A DNA stretch of 64,000 bases from a phage, in sequence record PZ540767.1. One strand, 5' to 3'. Below the pieces are notes generated by a model, which worked only from the letters and a program-made list of their open reading frames with translations, ran no database searches and was not told where the DNA came from. The position numbers were made by a program, and so were the translations under genes. Shown piece by piece: positions 31,480-39,684 of the stretch; the stretch's first letter is position 1; each line of letters opens with the position of its first letter.

Positions 31480-32255
31480 TGGGTAACTTCATTAAAATGG
31501 GCACTACGCTGAGTAATGCCAACCTGACTAAATTAACTGCTGATGCGACCATCGATAACAGCACTGTAATGCTGATTGACTTTGGGCGTAAAACTTCAGT
31601 GCCTAACCAAACAGATCTGGTTAACGGTGATACTGTTGGCAACCTGGTTGAAGGTCAAGCAGGGGGTTCTGTAATTACCGGAACCAAATTCCTCTTCTCT
31701 GCTGCTGGTAAGTACATTACTAAGCAAGAAGGCGATATCTCAACCCGAATCCAGTTGCCTGATGTTTGTAAGGTTAAATCTACTGATCGTAGCTTCCAAT
31801 TTAGCCTGTGGTTTACCCACATTGATAAAACGGATACTCAGGGTAGCCAAGCATTGGGTGGTTATGCATCTAACTCCAGTAACCAGATGCCTTTTGCATT
31901 TTACTGGTATGATGGTCAATACAACTTGGGTTGTGCTGGTTCACGTACTGCATTTGCTACTCCAGCGGCGGGAACAGTACACCAGTTGTCTGTTGCTTGT
32001 GACCTAGATCTGGGTATTCGTAAGTTCTATCACAACAATGAACTGATCCGTACTGAGACTAATATTGGTCTTAGTGAAATGACTCAGCCTGCTGCTGGAT
32101 CTCTGCCTTGGTTGTTCTACCTGGGTGGTGGTTTTAACAGCCGTGGTAACGTTAAGATGCACCGAGCATGGCTTGATATTAACGGTGGTGGTGCTAAGTT
32201 CGATGCAAAAGTAGCTGCGGACTACAACACCAACTACAGCCGATTTGCGGCTTAA
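31479..32255 (+). CDS. Beta-rich protein, possible receptor-binding/lectin-like partner of the tail fibre
   Basis: ATG overlaps upstream stop (TAATG); aagga RBS; Gly/Ser/Thr/Asn-rich. Confidence 0.5.
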   Translation: MGNFIKMGTTLSNANLTKLTADATIDNSTVMLIDFGRKTSVPNQTDLVNGDTVGNLVEGQAGGSVITGTKFLFSAAGKYITKQEGDISTRIQLPDVCKVKSTDRSFQFSLWFTHIDKTDTQGSQALGGYASNSSNQMPFAFYWYDGQYNLGCAGSRTAFATPAAGTVHQLSVACDLDLGIRKFYHNNELIRTETNIGLSEMTQPAAGSLPWLFYLGGGFNSRGNVKMHRAWLDINGGGAKFDAKVAADYNTNYSRFAA

Positions 32256-32272
32256 GTTAGTAACTTAGAACT

Positions 32273-32298
32273 AAGCCCCTTTATTAGGGGCTTTTTTA
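32273..32298 (+). terminator. Intrinsic terminator (partial), before lysis cassette
   Basis: aagcccct-ttatt-aggggctt hairpin followed by TTTT. Confidence 0.55.
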
Positions 32299-32313
32299 TA
32301 TATGAGGTTTATT

Positions 32314-32802
32314 ATGAAAATGTCGAATGAAGGACGCAAAGTAACTAAGTATTTTGAGTCCCTTAAATTACGTGCTTACCCTGATCCTGCTACTGGGGGT
32401 AAACCATGGACTATTGGGTATGGTCATACTGGCCCAGATGTTTATCCTGGTTTGGCAATTTCGCAAACCAGAGCTGAACAGTTGCTTGATGCTGACCTTG
32501 CTAAGGCTGAAGCAGAAGTAAACAAGTATGGGCATAACCTTACCCAAGGTCAGTTCGATTGCCTTGTGGACATGGTATTTAATATGGGATCTGGTTTTAT
32601 CCGGCCTGACAACATCAAGGGTGATTTTGATGACTTTGTTGCATCGGGTAATACTGCTGAGATGCGTAAACGTATTCCTCAATTCCGTATGGCCAACGGT
32701 AAAGTTATGAGAGGTTTAGTACGTCGTCGTGCTGCTAACCTTGCTACATGGGACGGTAAGTCTGGTGATGAAGCAATTAAAATAGGGGTAAATGCTGCAT
32801 GA
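32314..32802 (+). CDS. Endolysin, T4-lysozyme-like (GH24)
   Basis: 'ESLKLRAYPDPATGGKPWTIGYGH' matches the T4 lysozyme E-D-T catalytic region ([21 protein letters not shown]). Confidence 0.8.
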   Translation: MKMSNEGRKVTKYFESLKLRAYPDPATGGKPWTIGYGHTGPDVYPGLAISQTRAEQLLDADLAKAEAEVNKYGHNLTQGQFDCLVDMVFNMGSGFIRPDNIKGDFDDFVASGNTAEMRKRIPQFRMANGKVMRGLVRRRAANLATWDGKSGDEAIKIGVNAA

Positions 32803-33020
32803 AACTTGTAGAAAACTGGAAGTCAGCATGGAAGTGGTATTCTGTGCATATTATGGTAGTGATCGTTGCACTTCCTGAAATCTGGAGTTACTTTCCACAG
32901 GAGTTTAAGGATTCATTACCTCCACATGCTCTTGCTGGATTAACAACTTTCCTGGGTATCTCAGCGATTGTTGCTCGTCTGGTTTCTCAGGAGAAACGTA
33001 ATGATCAAGGATCTAATTAA
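32799..33020 (+). CDS. Putative holin (73 aa)
   Basis: ATG overlaps endolysin stop (ATGA); one or two hydrophobic helices; position between endolysin and spanins. Confidence 0.45.
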   Translation: MKLVENWKSAWKWYSVHIMVVIVALPEIWSYFPQEFKDSLPPHALAGLTTFLGISAIVARLVSQEKRNDQGSN

Positions 33021-33510
33021 ACAGTATGCTGTTTTGTTAGGTTCTGTTCTGGCCCTGGCTTTACTTGCCGGGGCTTGTTACTTAACCTATGTTGTAACAG
33101 ATAACCACTGGTCTGCTAAGTATTCTGGATTAGAACAGAAGTATAGTGATGCTTCTGCCAAAGCTACTCAGGAGGCCAGAGTCAAAGAATGGGAGTACCA
33201 AAACAATGTTGATGCAATCGCACAGCAAGGGGCTAAAGACCTCGCACAAGCTCGCTCTGACGCTGATATTGCCAATGCTTCTGTTAGCAGGTTGCAGCAA
33301 CGGATCAACCGTTTACTTGCCAACACCAGCTCCGAAGATTCCGGCACTACCCAAAGAGGCAAGACAGCCAGAGAAGCCCTCGATCTGCTTGCCAACGTGC
33401 TCGAAAAATCTCTCGAACGAAACAGACAGTTGGCTGACTACGCCGACAAAGCCAGTAGTGCTGGATTCACCTGTGAAAAAGCCTACGACGCCATCCAATC
33501 AGGCAAGTAA
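33001..33510 (+). CDS. i-spanin (Rz-like)
   Basis: Internal ATG 33001 after aggag RBS; N-terminal TM helix then coiled-coil periplasmic domain. Confidence 0.6.
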   Translation: MIKDLIKQYAVLLGSVLALALLAGACYLTYVVTDNHWSAKYSGLEQKYSDASAKATQEARVKEWEYQNNVDAIAQQGAKDLAQARSDADIANASVSRLQQRINRLLANTSSEDSGTTQRGKTAREALDLLANVLEKSLERNRQLADYADKASSAGFTCEKAYDAIQSGK

Positions 33511-33535
33511 TACTAAGTTGGTTTATTTCGTATAA
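33206..33535 (+). CDS. o-spanin (Rz1-like lipoprotein) overlapping i-spanin in +1 frame
   Basis: Signal peptide with lipobox 'LLAGC', Pro-rich mature region; embedded in or overlapping the Rz gene. Confidence 0.55.
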   Translation: MLMQSHSKGLKTSHKLALTLILPMLLLAGCSNGSTVYLPTPAPKIPALPKEARQPEKPSICLPTCSKNLSNETDSWLTTPTKPVVLDSPVKKPTTPSNQASNTKLVYFV

Positions 33536-33586
33536 ACCAGTAGAATGATGTACATTAACTAGACTTTTCATGAAGAGGAAACACCT

Positions 33587-34030
33587 ATGTCTAAAGTCCC
33601 CTCTATCGGTGCTGGTGTTATCACTACCGATGATGTGCTGGCACAAGGCTATGATTTTATCCCCCTGAAAATGGGTGGTATGGCTAAAGTGCCTGCTGAT
33701 GTAGCCGCTGCTCAATCTAAAGACGTCACTGGTGCTGCTTATACTAAACCAGCAGCTCTGAGTCTGACTACTGATCTGACTGCTACTAAATCTGTTGCTG
33801 AAGGTGCTGCCCTGGAACTGAAAGTAGTTCCTGCTGGCGGTGTTGCACCTTACAGCGTTACCTGGTTTAAAGGTGGCTCTGCTATCCAGACTCTGGGTAG
33901 TTCTACCCTTAACCTGGGTGCAGCTACTCTGGATATGGCTGGCTCTTACCATGCTGAAGTCTACGACGCAGCTGGTAAAGAGATTCAGTCTACTACCTGC
34001 GTAGTGACTGTCACTGAAGCTGGTGGTTAA
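33587..34030 (+). CDS. Ig-like (Big-type) domain protein, candidate capsid decoration protein
   Basis: gaggaaa RBS; 'YSVTWFKGGSAIQ...AGSYHAEVYDAAG' Ig-like signature; own terminator downstream. Confidence 0.55.
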   Translation: MSKVPSIGAGVITTDDVLAQGYDFIPLKMGGMAKVPADVAAAQSKDVTGAAYTKPAALSLTTDLTATKSVAEGAALELKVVPAGGVAPYSVTWFKGGSAIQTLGSSTLNLGAATLDMAGSYHAEVYDAAGKEIQSTTCVVTVTEAGG

Positions 34031-34048
34031 TAGCTACCAGCATGAATA

Positions 34049-34073
34049 AGCCCCCATTTGGGGGCTTTTTTAT
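34049..34073 (+). terminator. Intrinsic terminator
   Basis: agccccc-attt-gggggct hairpin followed by TTTTTT. Confidence 0.65.
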
Positions 34074-34254
34074 TACCCTGTTAAACCTAAAAGGTTATCA
34101 GGATCCTTTACCGCCGTATCTTTGATAAAGGCAAAGGGAACGATGATCTTCCCGAAATGGAAGGCATTAGCACTTTCTACAATTTTATTTGCTTTGAAAG
34201 TGAGTGCACCATTATTTCTGAAAAAGATAGTTATCTCAGCTGGAATTTTGTCTG

Positions 34255-34485
34255 TCATAGAGAGGCAATCCTGTGAGTTGCAGCCCTGATACGACTAATA
34301 CGCTTAGTGTGTATTGTCTCATTTCTGTCGTAGCCTCGGGCATTTCTACGAATGGTTTCACACTCTGCCCTATAGGCAGGAGTCTGAGTTTGTTTTTGTA
34401 GGATCTTAGAACATTTAGAGTGAACTCGTTTATTTCGTAAGATCCCACAGATTGGACATACGTTAAATGTTGGACTGAAAATCAT
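34255..34485 (-). CDS. Small basic Cys-containing protein (possible zinc ribbon), coupled to dam
   Basis: ATG overlaps dam stop (ATGA); 'CPICG...HSKC' motif. Confidence 0.35.
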   Translation of the reverse strand: MIFSPTFNVCPICGILRNKRVHSKCSKILQKQTQTPAYRAECETIRRNARGYDRNETIHTKRISRIRAATHRIASL

Positions 34486-35288
34486 GGTTTTAGTACAGCA
34501 ATGATATCTTTGGCTACTTCTCGTGATTCAGCTTTAGCTGAGATGCTACGAGTTGCAGTTAATGGGTGAATGTCAAAACCAGCTTTGGTATAGAGATCAA
34601 CTAAACGTGGAGCACTACTATTTGTAATGACCACTCTTACACCTCTGGCTTTAAGCTCAAGAGCTTTACCTACCAGACGTTTCTGATCTCCCCACTTAAA
34701 GCTGGTGCCACTATAGCTTGTGAACCCCTGATGTTTAGGCATAGGCTCATAAGGTGGATCACAAAATACAACATTACCTTCCTCAGCAGTGTTCATAAAT
34801 AACATGAAGTCTGTATTTGCTACTGTTGGTTTCAAACCAGAATTGATGAAATCTCTGAGTTCCTGTTCAGGGAAGTAAGGTTGTTCTTTCTGGCCCCAAG
34901 GAACATTGAATTCCTTTTTCTTGTTGTAACGACACAGGCCATTAAAGCCAGTACGATTGAGCACCAGGAAGAACACGGCTTTAGACAGGGAATTGAACTT
35001 ACCACTGTTAAAGTTAGCCCTGAGCTGATTGTAGCGAGCTTCTGAGTTACACCACTCATGCAGTTTCTTTGCCTGGTTCAATACATAATCACCATTATGG
35101 ATGAGGGCTAAGTAGAGCTGGCATAGATCAGGATTTACATCATTGATAGCCACCTTATCGAAACCAGCATTCATAAATACTGATCCTGCACCCACAAAAG
35201 GTTCAATGAGACGATTACCAACTAAGAATGGTTGGATTTGAGGAAGCTGGCGATACTTGCCACCTGCCCACTTAAGCCAAGGTTTCAT
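34482..35288 (-). CDS. dam: DNA N6-adenine methyltransferase (Dam-like)
   Basis: 'KWAGGKY' N-terminus, 'EPFVGAGSVF' AdoMet motif, 'FCDPPY' catalytic motif. Confidence 0.8.
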   Translation of the reverse strand: MKPWLKWAGGKYRQLPQIQPFLVGNRLIEPFVGAGSVFMNAGFDKVAINDVNPDLCQLYLALIHNGDYVLNQAKKLHEWCNSEARYNQLRANFNSGKFNSLSKAVFFLVLNRTGFNGLCRYNKKKEFNVPWGQKEQPYFPEQELRDFINSGLKPTVANTDFMLFMNTAEEGNVVFCDPPYEPMPKHQGFTSYSGTSFKWGDQKRLVGKALELKARGVRVVITNSSAPRLVDLYTKAGFDIHPLTATRSISAKAESREVAKDIIAVLKP

Positions 35289-35397
35289 TTGAGCACCAAT
35301 GCTAACAGGTTCATAACGAGTTCATTGGCTTGATAGGCCAAGAACCAGAAGGCACCCAGCAGTATTGCCAGTATGCACCACACTTTTCCGCGAAAGC

Positions 35398-35736
35398 TCA
35401 TAAAATTCCTATCCTCTTTTTGAGTAAAATTTCAGCAGTTAAAGGGACTGATACTTGAACTTTGATGGGTAATACAACATCATCATAGATATCCCAGGCA
35501 TCCCCTTCAGTAAGTGCTATCGTCCCTTCCCCTAACTCATTTAATACAATGACTTGATCATGAGGGCAGTACCAGCTATCACTACGTTCTCGGAACATAA
35601 TTACTGTTTTTTCTACTTCAATGAATTGGTCATTGAATATTGTAAAAGTGTCGTCTACCTCTACTCCTACTTCCCTGTTATTTAGCAGGATGATAATACC
35701 TGTAATAGTAGTTAGATCCATTGCAGTAATCTGCAT
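35398..35736 (-). CDS. Hypothetical protein (112 aa)
   Basis: Track start is TTG; first ATG 35736 follows ggaggg RBS. Confidence 0.45.
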   Translation of the reverse strand: MQITAMDLTTITGIIILLNNREVGVEVDDTFTIFNDQFIEVEKTVIMFRERSDSWYCPHDQVIVLNELGEGTIALTEGDAWDIYDDVVLPIKVQVSVPLTAEILLKKRIGIL

Positions 35737-35748
35737 GATCCCCTCCAA

Positions 35749-35773
35749 TGAAAAAGCCCTCCGAAGAGGGCTT
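35749..35773 (-). terminator. C(UUCG)G tetraloop terminator/attenuator
   Basis: On - strand: 8-bp stem with UUCG loop then UUUU, immediately followed by RBS of next gene. Confidence 0.5.
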
Positions 35774-35777
35774 GAGG

Positions 35778-36101
35778 TTACTTAGGTGAACCTGTGTAGG
35801 ACGTCTTGCCTTCAAACAGCCTTTCTACATACTGGAAGATCTTAATCCCCAGATAGGCAGATGCTGAAGTGAATATGGGTTGCGTAATCCCAGTAGGCAA
35901 CTGACTTGCCACTACAGGGTAGGCATCCCATGCCAAATAGCCTGCGAGTAGAGCTGCTGACATTTCTGTAGCTGCTGCAACGAAGGTTACCTGACCATAG
36001 CGTAGGATTCGTCTCCCAACGGAGATTGCACCACTGACAGTACTAATCAGGAGAGCACCCAGTAGCTGAACATAAAAGTTCTGTTGCTGATCTGGGGTCA
36101 T
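35778..36101 (-). CDS. Membrane protein (107 aa)
   Basis: ATG 36101 after ggag RBS; two or three hydrophobic helices. Confidence 0.45.
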   Translation of the reverse strand: MTPDQQQNFYVQLLGALLISTVSGAISVGRRILRYGQVTFVAAATEMSAALLAGYLAWDAYPVVASQLPTGITQPIFTSASAYLGIKIFQYVERLFEGKTSYTGSPK

Positions 36102-36146
36102 GACACTACTCCAATTCACTTACATGAAATGGATTGTAACGTTAAT

Positions 36147-36521
36147 TTACTTTGAATGCTCAGAATTATCTGACCATAAACTAGCAAATTTAGCGTTGAT
36201 CGCTTTCATGAACCCTTTCTGGTTATGGTTACGAAGACGTAGACGACTAAAGTTAATCTCATGAAGACCTTTAGTAATCCCTTTAAGGTTCTCAACAAAG
36301 ATAGCCTTGTCAGGTTCTTCTTGTACCAATGTGACTTTCTGGTTTAGAAAGTACAACTGACCATTAAGCAACGTCCAGAAACCAGTGCATTGATACACAC
36401 TCTCAGCCACTGGAGCACCCATAATTATCTGGCTTGCCAGTGATGTGATGCTCTCAGGGCATTCAAGGTATAACCCTACCTCTGGTTTAAGGTACTTGAG
36501 TTCAATGTTAAGTTTTACCAT
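36147..36521 (-). CDS. Hypothetical protein (124 aa)
   Basis: ORF with ATG; overlaps upstream gene end by 7 nt. Confidence 0.5.
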   Translation of the reverse strand: MVKLNIELKYLKPEVGLYLECPESITSLASQIIMGAPVAESVYQCTGFWTLLNGQLYFLNQKVTLVQEEPDKAIFVENLKGITKGLHEINFSRLRLRNHNQKGFMKAINAKFASLWSDNSEHSK

Positions 36522-37015
36522 GGATCCTCTACGCTAAACTTGGGCACCAAGATAGCGCTGACGTTAGGCAGGTATTTTCTGACTTTATTAATGACAGATT
36601 TGTCATCATCGATCAGGAAAATTTCTACTTTATCCATCGTAGTCATGGCACCCATGCAAAACATTGGGATCAGTGACAGCAATGCTTCCAGTTTGAAGTT
36701 AGCTGCACTTCCACCCAGATTTTCACTGCGGTTATGGAGTAAGTCGAAGATAAGATTACCTTCTTCTTTGAAACGATCGTTTGTTTCTTTATCCAGAACT
36801 TTGCTACGGTTAGACAGACTAATCAGAACTGAATCCTGATTAATCAGCGATTTAACCATTTCAATACCTTTATGGTTCAAAGGCTCTAAGATCCAGGCTT
36901 TATGCCAATCAAGCCACTCGTGCTGGTTTGATGGGTCTTTGGGGATGTACTGCTTTCGAAACTCACTGTTACCGTTTAGAACTCCGTCCAGGTCACAGAA
37001 GATCAGTCTACGCAT
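36515..37015 (-). CDS. HAD-superfamily phosphatase-like protein
   Basis: N-terminal 'FCDLDGVLNG' (HAD motif I DxDG). Confidence 0.5.
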   Translation of the reverse strand: MRRLIFCDLDGVLNGNSEFRKQYIPKDPSNQHEWLDWHKAWILEPLNHKGIEMVKSLINQDSVLISLSNRSKVLDKETNDRFKEEGNLIFDLLHNRSENLGGSAANFKLEALLSLIPMFCMGAMTTMDKVEIFLIDDDKSVINKVRKYLPNVSAILVPKFSVEDPW

Positions 37016-39632
37016 GTGATGCCTCTTTTTGTTTTAGCTTATCCAGTGCTTTAGCCACAAAGGGCTTTATATCATCTTCTGCGAGGTTGTTAGGCAGAGT
37101 GATAGCATTGGCCCAGTTGGGATAATACAAGTCCAGTTCAGCTGGCAGAGGGATTCGTGGATCAGCAATTTCAGGTAAACCTTTCCATGCCATACACTCG
37201 ATCAAGTTGTCATTAACAAACTTGATTACCCTTACGTTGTTACGCATCAGCACATAGATAGCATCATGAATCAGAGCCACAGGCAGAATGTCATAACGAA
37301 ACTCTGAAGCCCACACACGCTCCATGAACTCATTAGCAGCACGGTTGGTTAACAGACCATAAGACTGACCTGAGATAGCATTGCCTAATGTACGTCCCTC
37401 AGCTTCAGCTTCACGTAGCGTCTTGGTGGTATCCAGGATCGAACGTGCAAGGAGCGGGGTACGAATACGCAGCCCAAAGGCAGCAGTGGCATAGCCGTCA
37501 TTACAGGCTTGTCTGATGCGTTCTTTAACCCATTCACCCGATACAGCATAGAGTGCATGGAAACTGGCTTCAGTTTCTTTGGCTTCCTCTTCAGAGAAAC
37601 CACAGTTCTTAACCAGGGTAATCCAGGTGCCTTGATACTGAAGTGCAAAGCTTGGTGCTTTAGACTTATTACGTAGCGGGTAGTATGGGTGATCCTTTTC
37701 AGCTATCTGGTTTACAGAAGCTGGATCATTAATGTCGATATCCGGCATTAACTTGGCACCCCAATAGCCCACAGCACGTAACGAGTGACCGTCGAAGCCA
37801 TCCGTGAACACTTTGACCTTGTTAGGATCTTGTGTTAACAGTGCATTGATACGATCTTCCAGAGCATTAAAGTCTGCTCCACCGAATACCCAACCATCGG
37901 GTGCAGCAAAGCATTTCTTGATGAGTTTACCGAAGGTACTCCCAGAAGGTAGCTGCTGTAGGTTTGGATCCGATGAGCTTAATCGCCCTGATACTGTACC
38001 ACCCAGGTTGAAGTTACCATGAAGGTAAGATCTTCCATTACCTTTGTTGAAGGCATTTTTAAAGGTGGGTATAAAACTGGTGAGGATCTTCTCACCGTCT
38101 CCAAACTCACGAAGAGTTTTGAGTACTATCTTTCCACTTTCAGTAGCATGGTTTTCCAGCTTCTTAAGTGTTGCACCAGCCGTAGATGGCTGCTTGGTTT
38201 TGGTTCTGTCCAGCACAGGAAGTTTCATCACTTCATAAAGTAAAGTGATCAGATGGTTGCCACTATTAGGGTTAAACTTAAGGTGACTGAAAGCACTGAG
38301 AGGGTACTGTTTAGTCTTCAGAGTGGCATTCTTAGCTTCCATTGCTCTGGTTTGAATAAGCAATTCTGCTTTCTGAACCAGGGGGTGTGCATACAAAGTT
38401 TTAAGACTTCGATCATGCAATTCCTGTAATTGCTTCTCTGCCTTATCCACCATAGCGGGGATCATAGGCATACCAGTAAGTTCAATCTGGGTGATTGTCT
38501 TCTGGCTTGGCATCATCAGGTATTTATACAGCTCAAGCTGCATATCACGAACCATAACAGGGTAATACTTGTTATAGACGTACCAGGTAGACATGGTATC
38601 GATGATGTTATAGCGGAGCAGTTCAGGCAGGGGGATCACCAGGATATTGGTAATATCAGACATAGCCCAGTTACCTGCAAATTCATGAGCAAGCTGTTTC
38701 AAGCTCAGTTCATTTTTTGCAGTATTGTTCAGTGCGAGATAAGCAATGATGCGAGTATCATCACAATCTCGATAGAGACAATCCAGGCCACGCAGTAAAC
38801 CTTCATTATCCAGGGGATCTTTCATCCAGAGGTTATAGATCAGGACTTTGGTATCAAAGTTAGCCCTGTGGAATTTCAGGTTACCCTTATATTCCTCAAA
38901 GAACTTACGCAGCTTAATACGAAAGCCTTCGTTAAACCAACGGTAGTTTTCCCCTTCACTTACTGCAAGGTCACAGGTAAATGCTATACCGCCTGTATTA
39001 TCAGGGCTGAAAGCAATAGTACCAATGCCAGCAGTAAAGATATCAAGACTGAAAGTTTCGATATCACAGGTCAGCTTAGGGTAAGACATTAACTTGGCAA
39101 ATGCCTCGTCAATTTCCTTTTCAGTCTGGGGATACAAAGCCCATTTCAGGATATCAGCACCCAAAGCTTTATAGCTGTTGGTTACCTTACCTGCTAAGGC
39201 TTGCACAGACATTTCCAGTTTATCTGCCTGGTTTGGGTTATAGAGTAGAGCCTGATAGTTAATACCTACCAGTATTTCAATATCCTCGTACCCCGGTATT
39301 GAACAGGGAGTGCCATAACCGATCATTGCATCGATCTTGGCATTCTTAACCAGACACTTAAAGTAAGTGGAGTCAGCACAGTAAATGTACTTAACACCCA
39401 TCTTCTTAAGCTGAGGGAGAATTTTAGCCAGATAATCCTTACAGAACTTGGCTGGAGCTTTACCATTGGATTCATACTCTAGCGAAAACGCCAGAATGTT
39501 CTCTTTGGCATAGCCAGCTTCGACTAAAGGATTAACGTAGTGACGCTCAATCTGATCCTGATAGAAAGCAGACTCTTTGATGAGTATTGCTGTCTCGAAT
39601 TCAGGTTTATGAGCGAACATGATATGACGCAT
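37008..39632 (-). CDS. DNA polymerase, family A
   Basis: 874 aa; exonuclease-like 'CDIETFSLD', polymerase region with 'LIHDAIYV'; N4 gp39-like position. Confidence 0.8.
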   Translation of the reverse strand: MRHIMFAHKPEFETAILIKESAFYQDQIERHYVNPLVEAGYAKENILAFSLEYESNGKAPAKFCKDYLAKILPQLKKMGVKYIYCADSTYFKCLVKNAKIDAMIGYGTPCSIPGYEDIEILVGINYQALLYNPNQADKLEMSVQALAGKVTNSYKALGADILKWALYPQTEKEIDEAFAKLMSYPKLTCDIETFSLDIFTAGIGTIAFSPDNTGGIAFTCDLAVSEGENYRWFNEGFRIKLRKFFEEYKGNLKFHRANFDTKVLIYNLWMKDPLDNEGLLRGLDCLYRDCDDTRIIAYLALNNTAKNELSLKQLAHEFAGNWAMSDITNILVIPLPELLRYNIIDTMSTWYVYNKYYPVMVRDMQLELYKYLMMPSQKTITQIELTGMPMIPAMVDKAEKQLQELHDRSLKTLYAHPLVQKAELLIQTRAMEAKNATLKTKQYPLSAFSHLKFNPNSGNHLITLLYEVMKLPVLDRTKTKQPSTAGATLKKLENHATESGKIVLKTLREFGDGEKILTSFIPTFKNAFNKGNGRSYLHGNFNLGGTVSGRLSSSDPNLQQLPSGSTFGKLIKKCFAAPDGWVFGGADFNALEDRINALLTQDPNKVKVFTDGFDGHSLRAVGYWGAKLMPDIDINDPASVNQIAEKDHPYYPLRNKSKAPSFALQYQGTWITLVKNCGFSEEEAKETEASFHALYAVSGEWVKERIRQACNDGYATAAFGLRIRTPLLARSILDTTKTLREAEAEGRTLGNAISGQSYGLLTNRAANEFMERVWASEFRYDILPVALIHDAIYVLMRNNVRVIKFVNDNLIECMAWKGLPEIADPRIPLPAELDLYYPNWANAITLPNNLAEDDIKPFVAKALDKLKQKEASHA

Positions 39633-39649
39633 AGCCTACCTCTCTAGTG

Positions 39650-39679
39650 GCATACGAAAGAAAAGGGGCCGAAGCCCCT
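39650..39679 (-). terminator. C(UUCG)G tetraloop terminator/attenuator upstream of DNA polymerase
   Basis: On - strand: aggggc-uucg-gcccct followed by UUUUCUUUC, then RBS and ATG 39632. Confidence 0.5.
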
Positions 39680-39684
39680 CGGTA

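Noticed and set aside
33467-33952. 161-aa minus-strand ORF antisense to the Ig-like protein gene
   Set aside because: Antisense to a gene with clear RBS, Ig-domain motif and flanking terminator.
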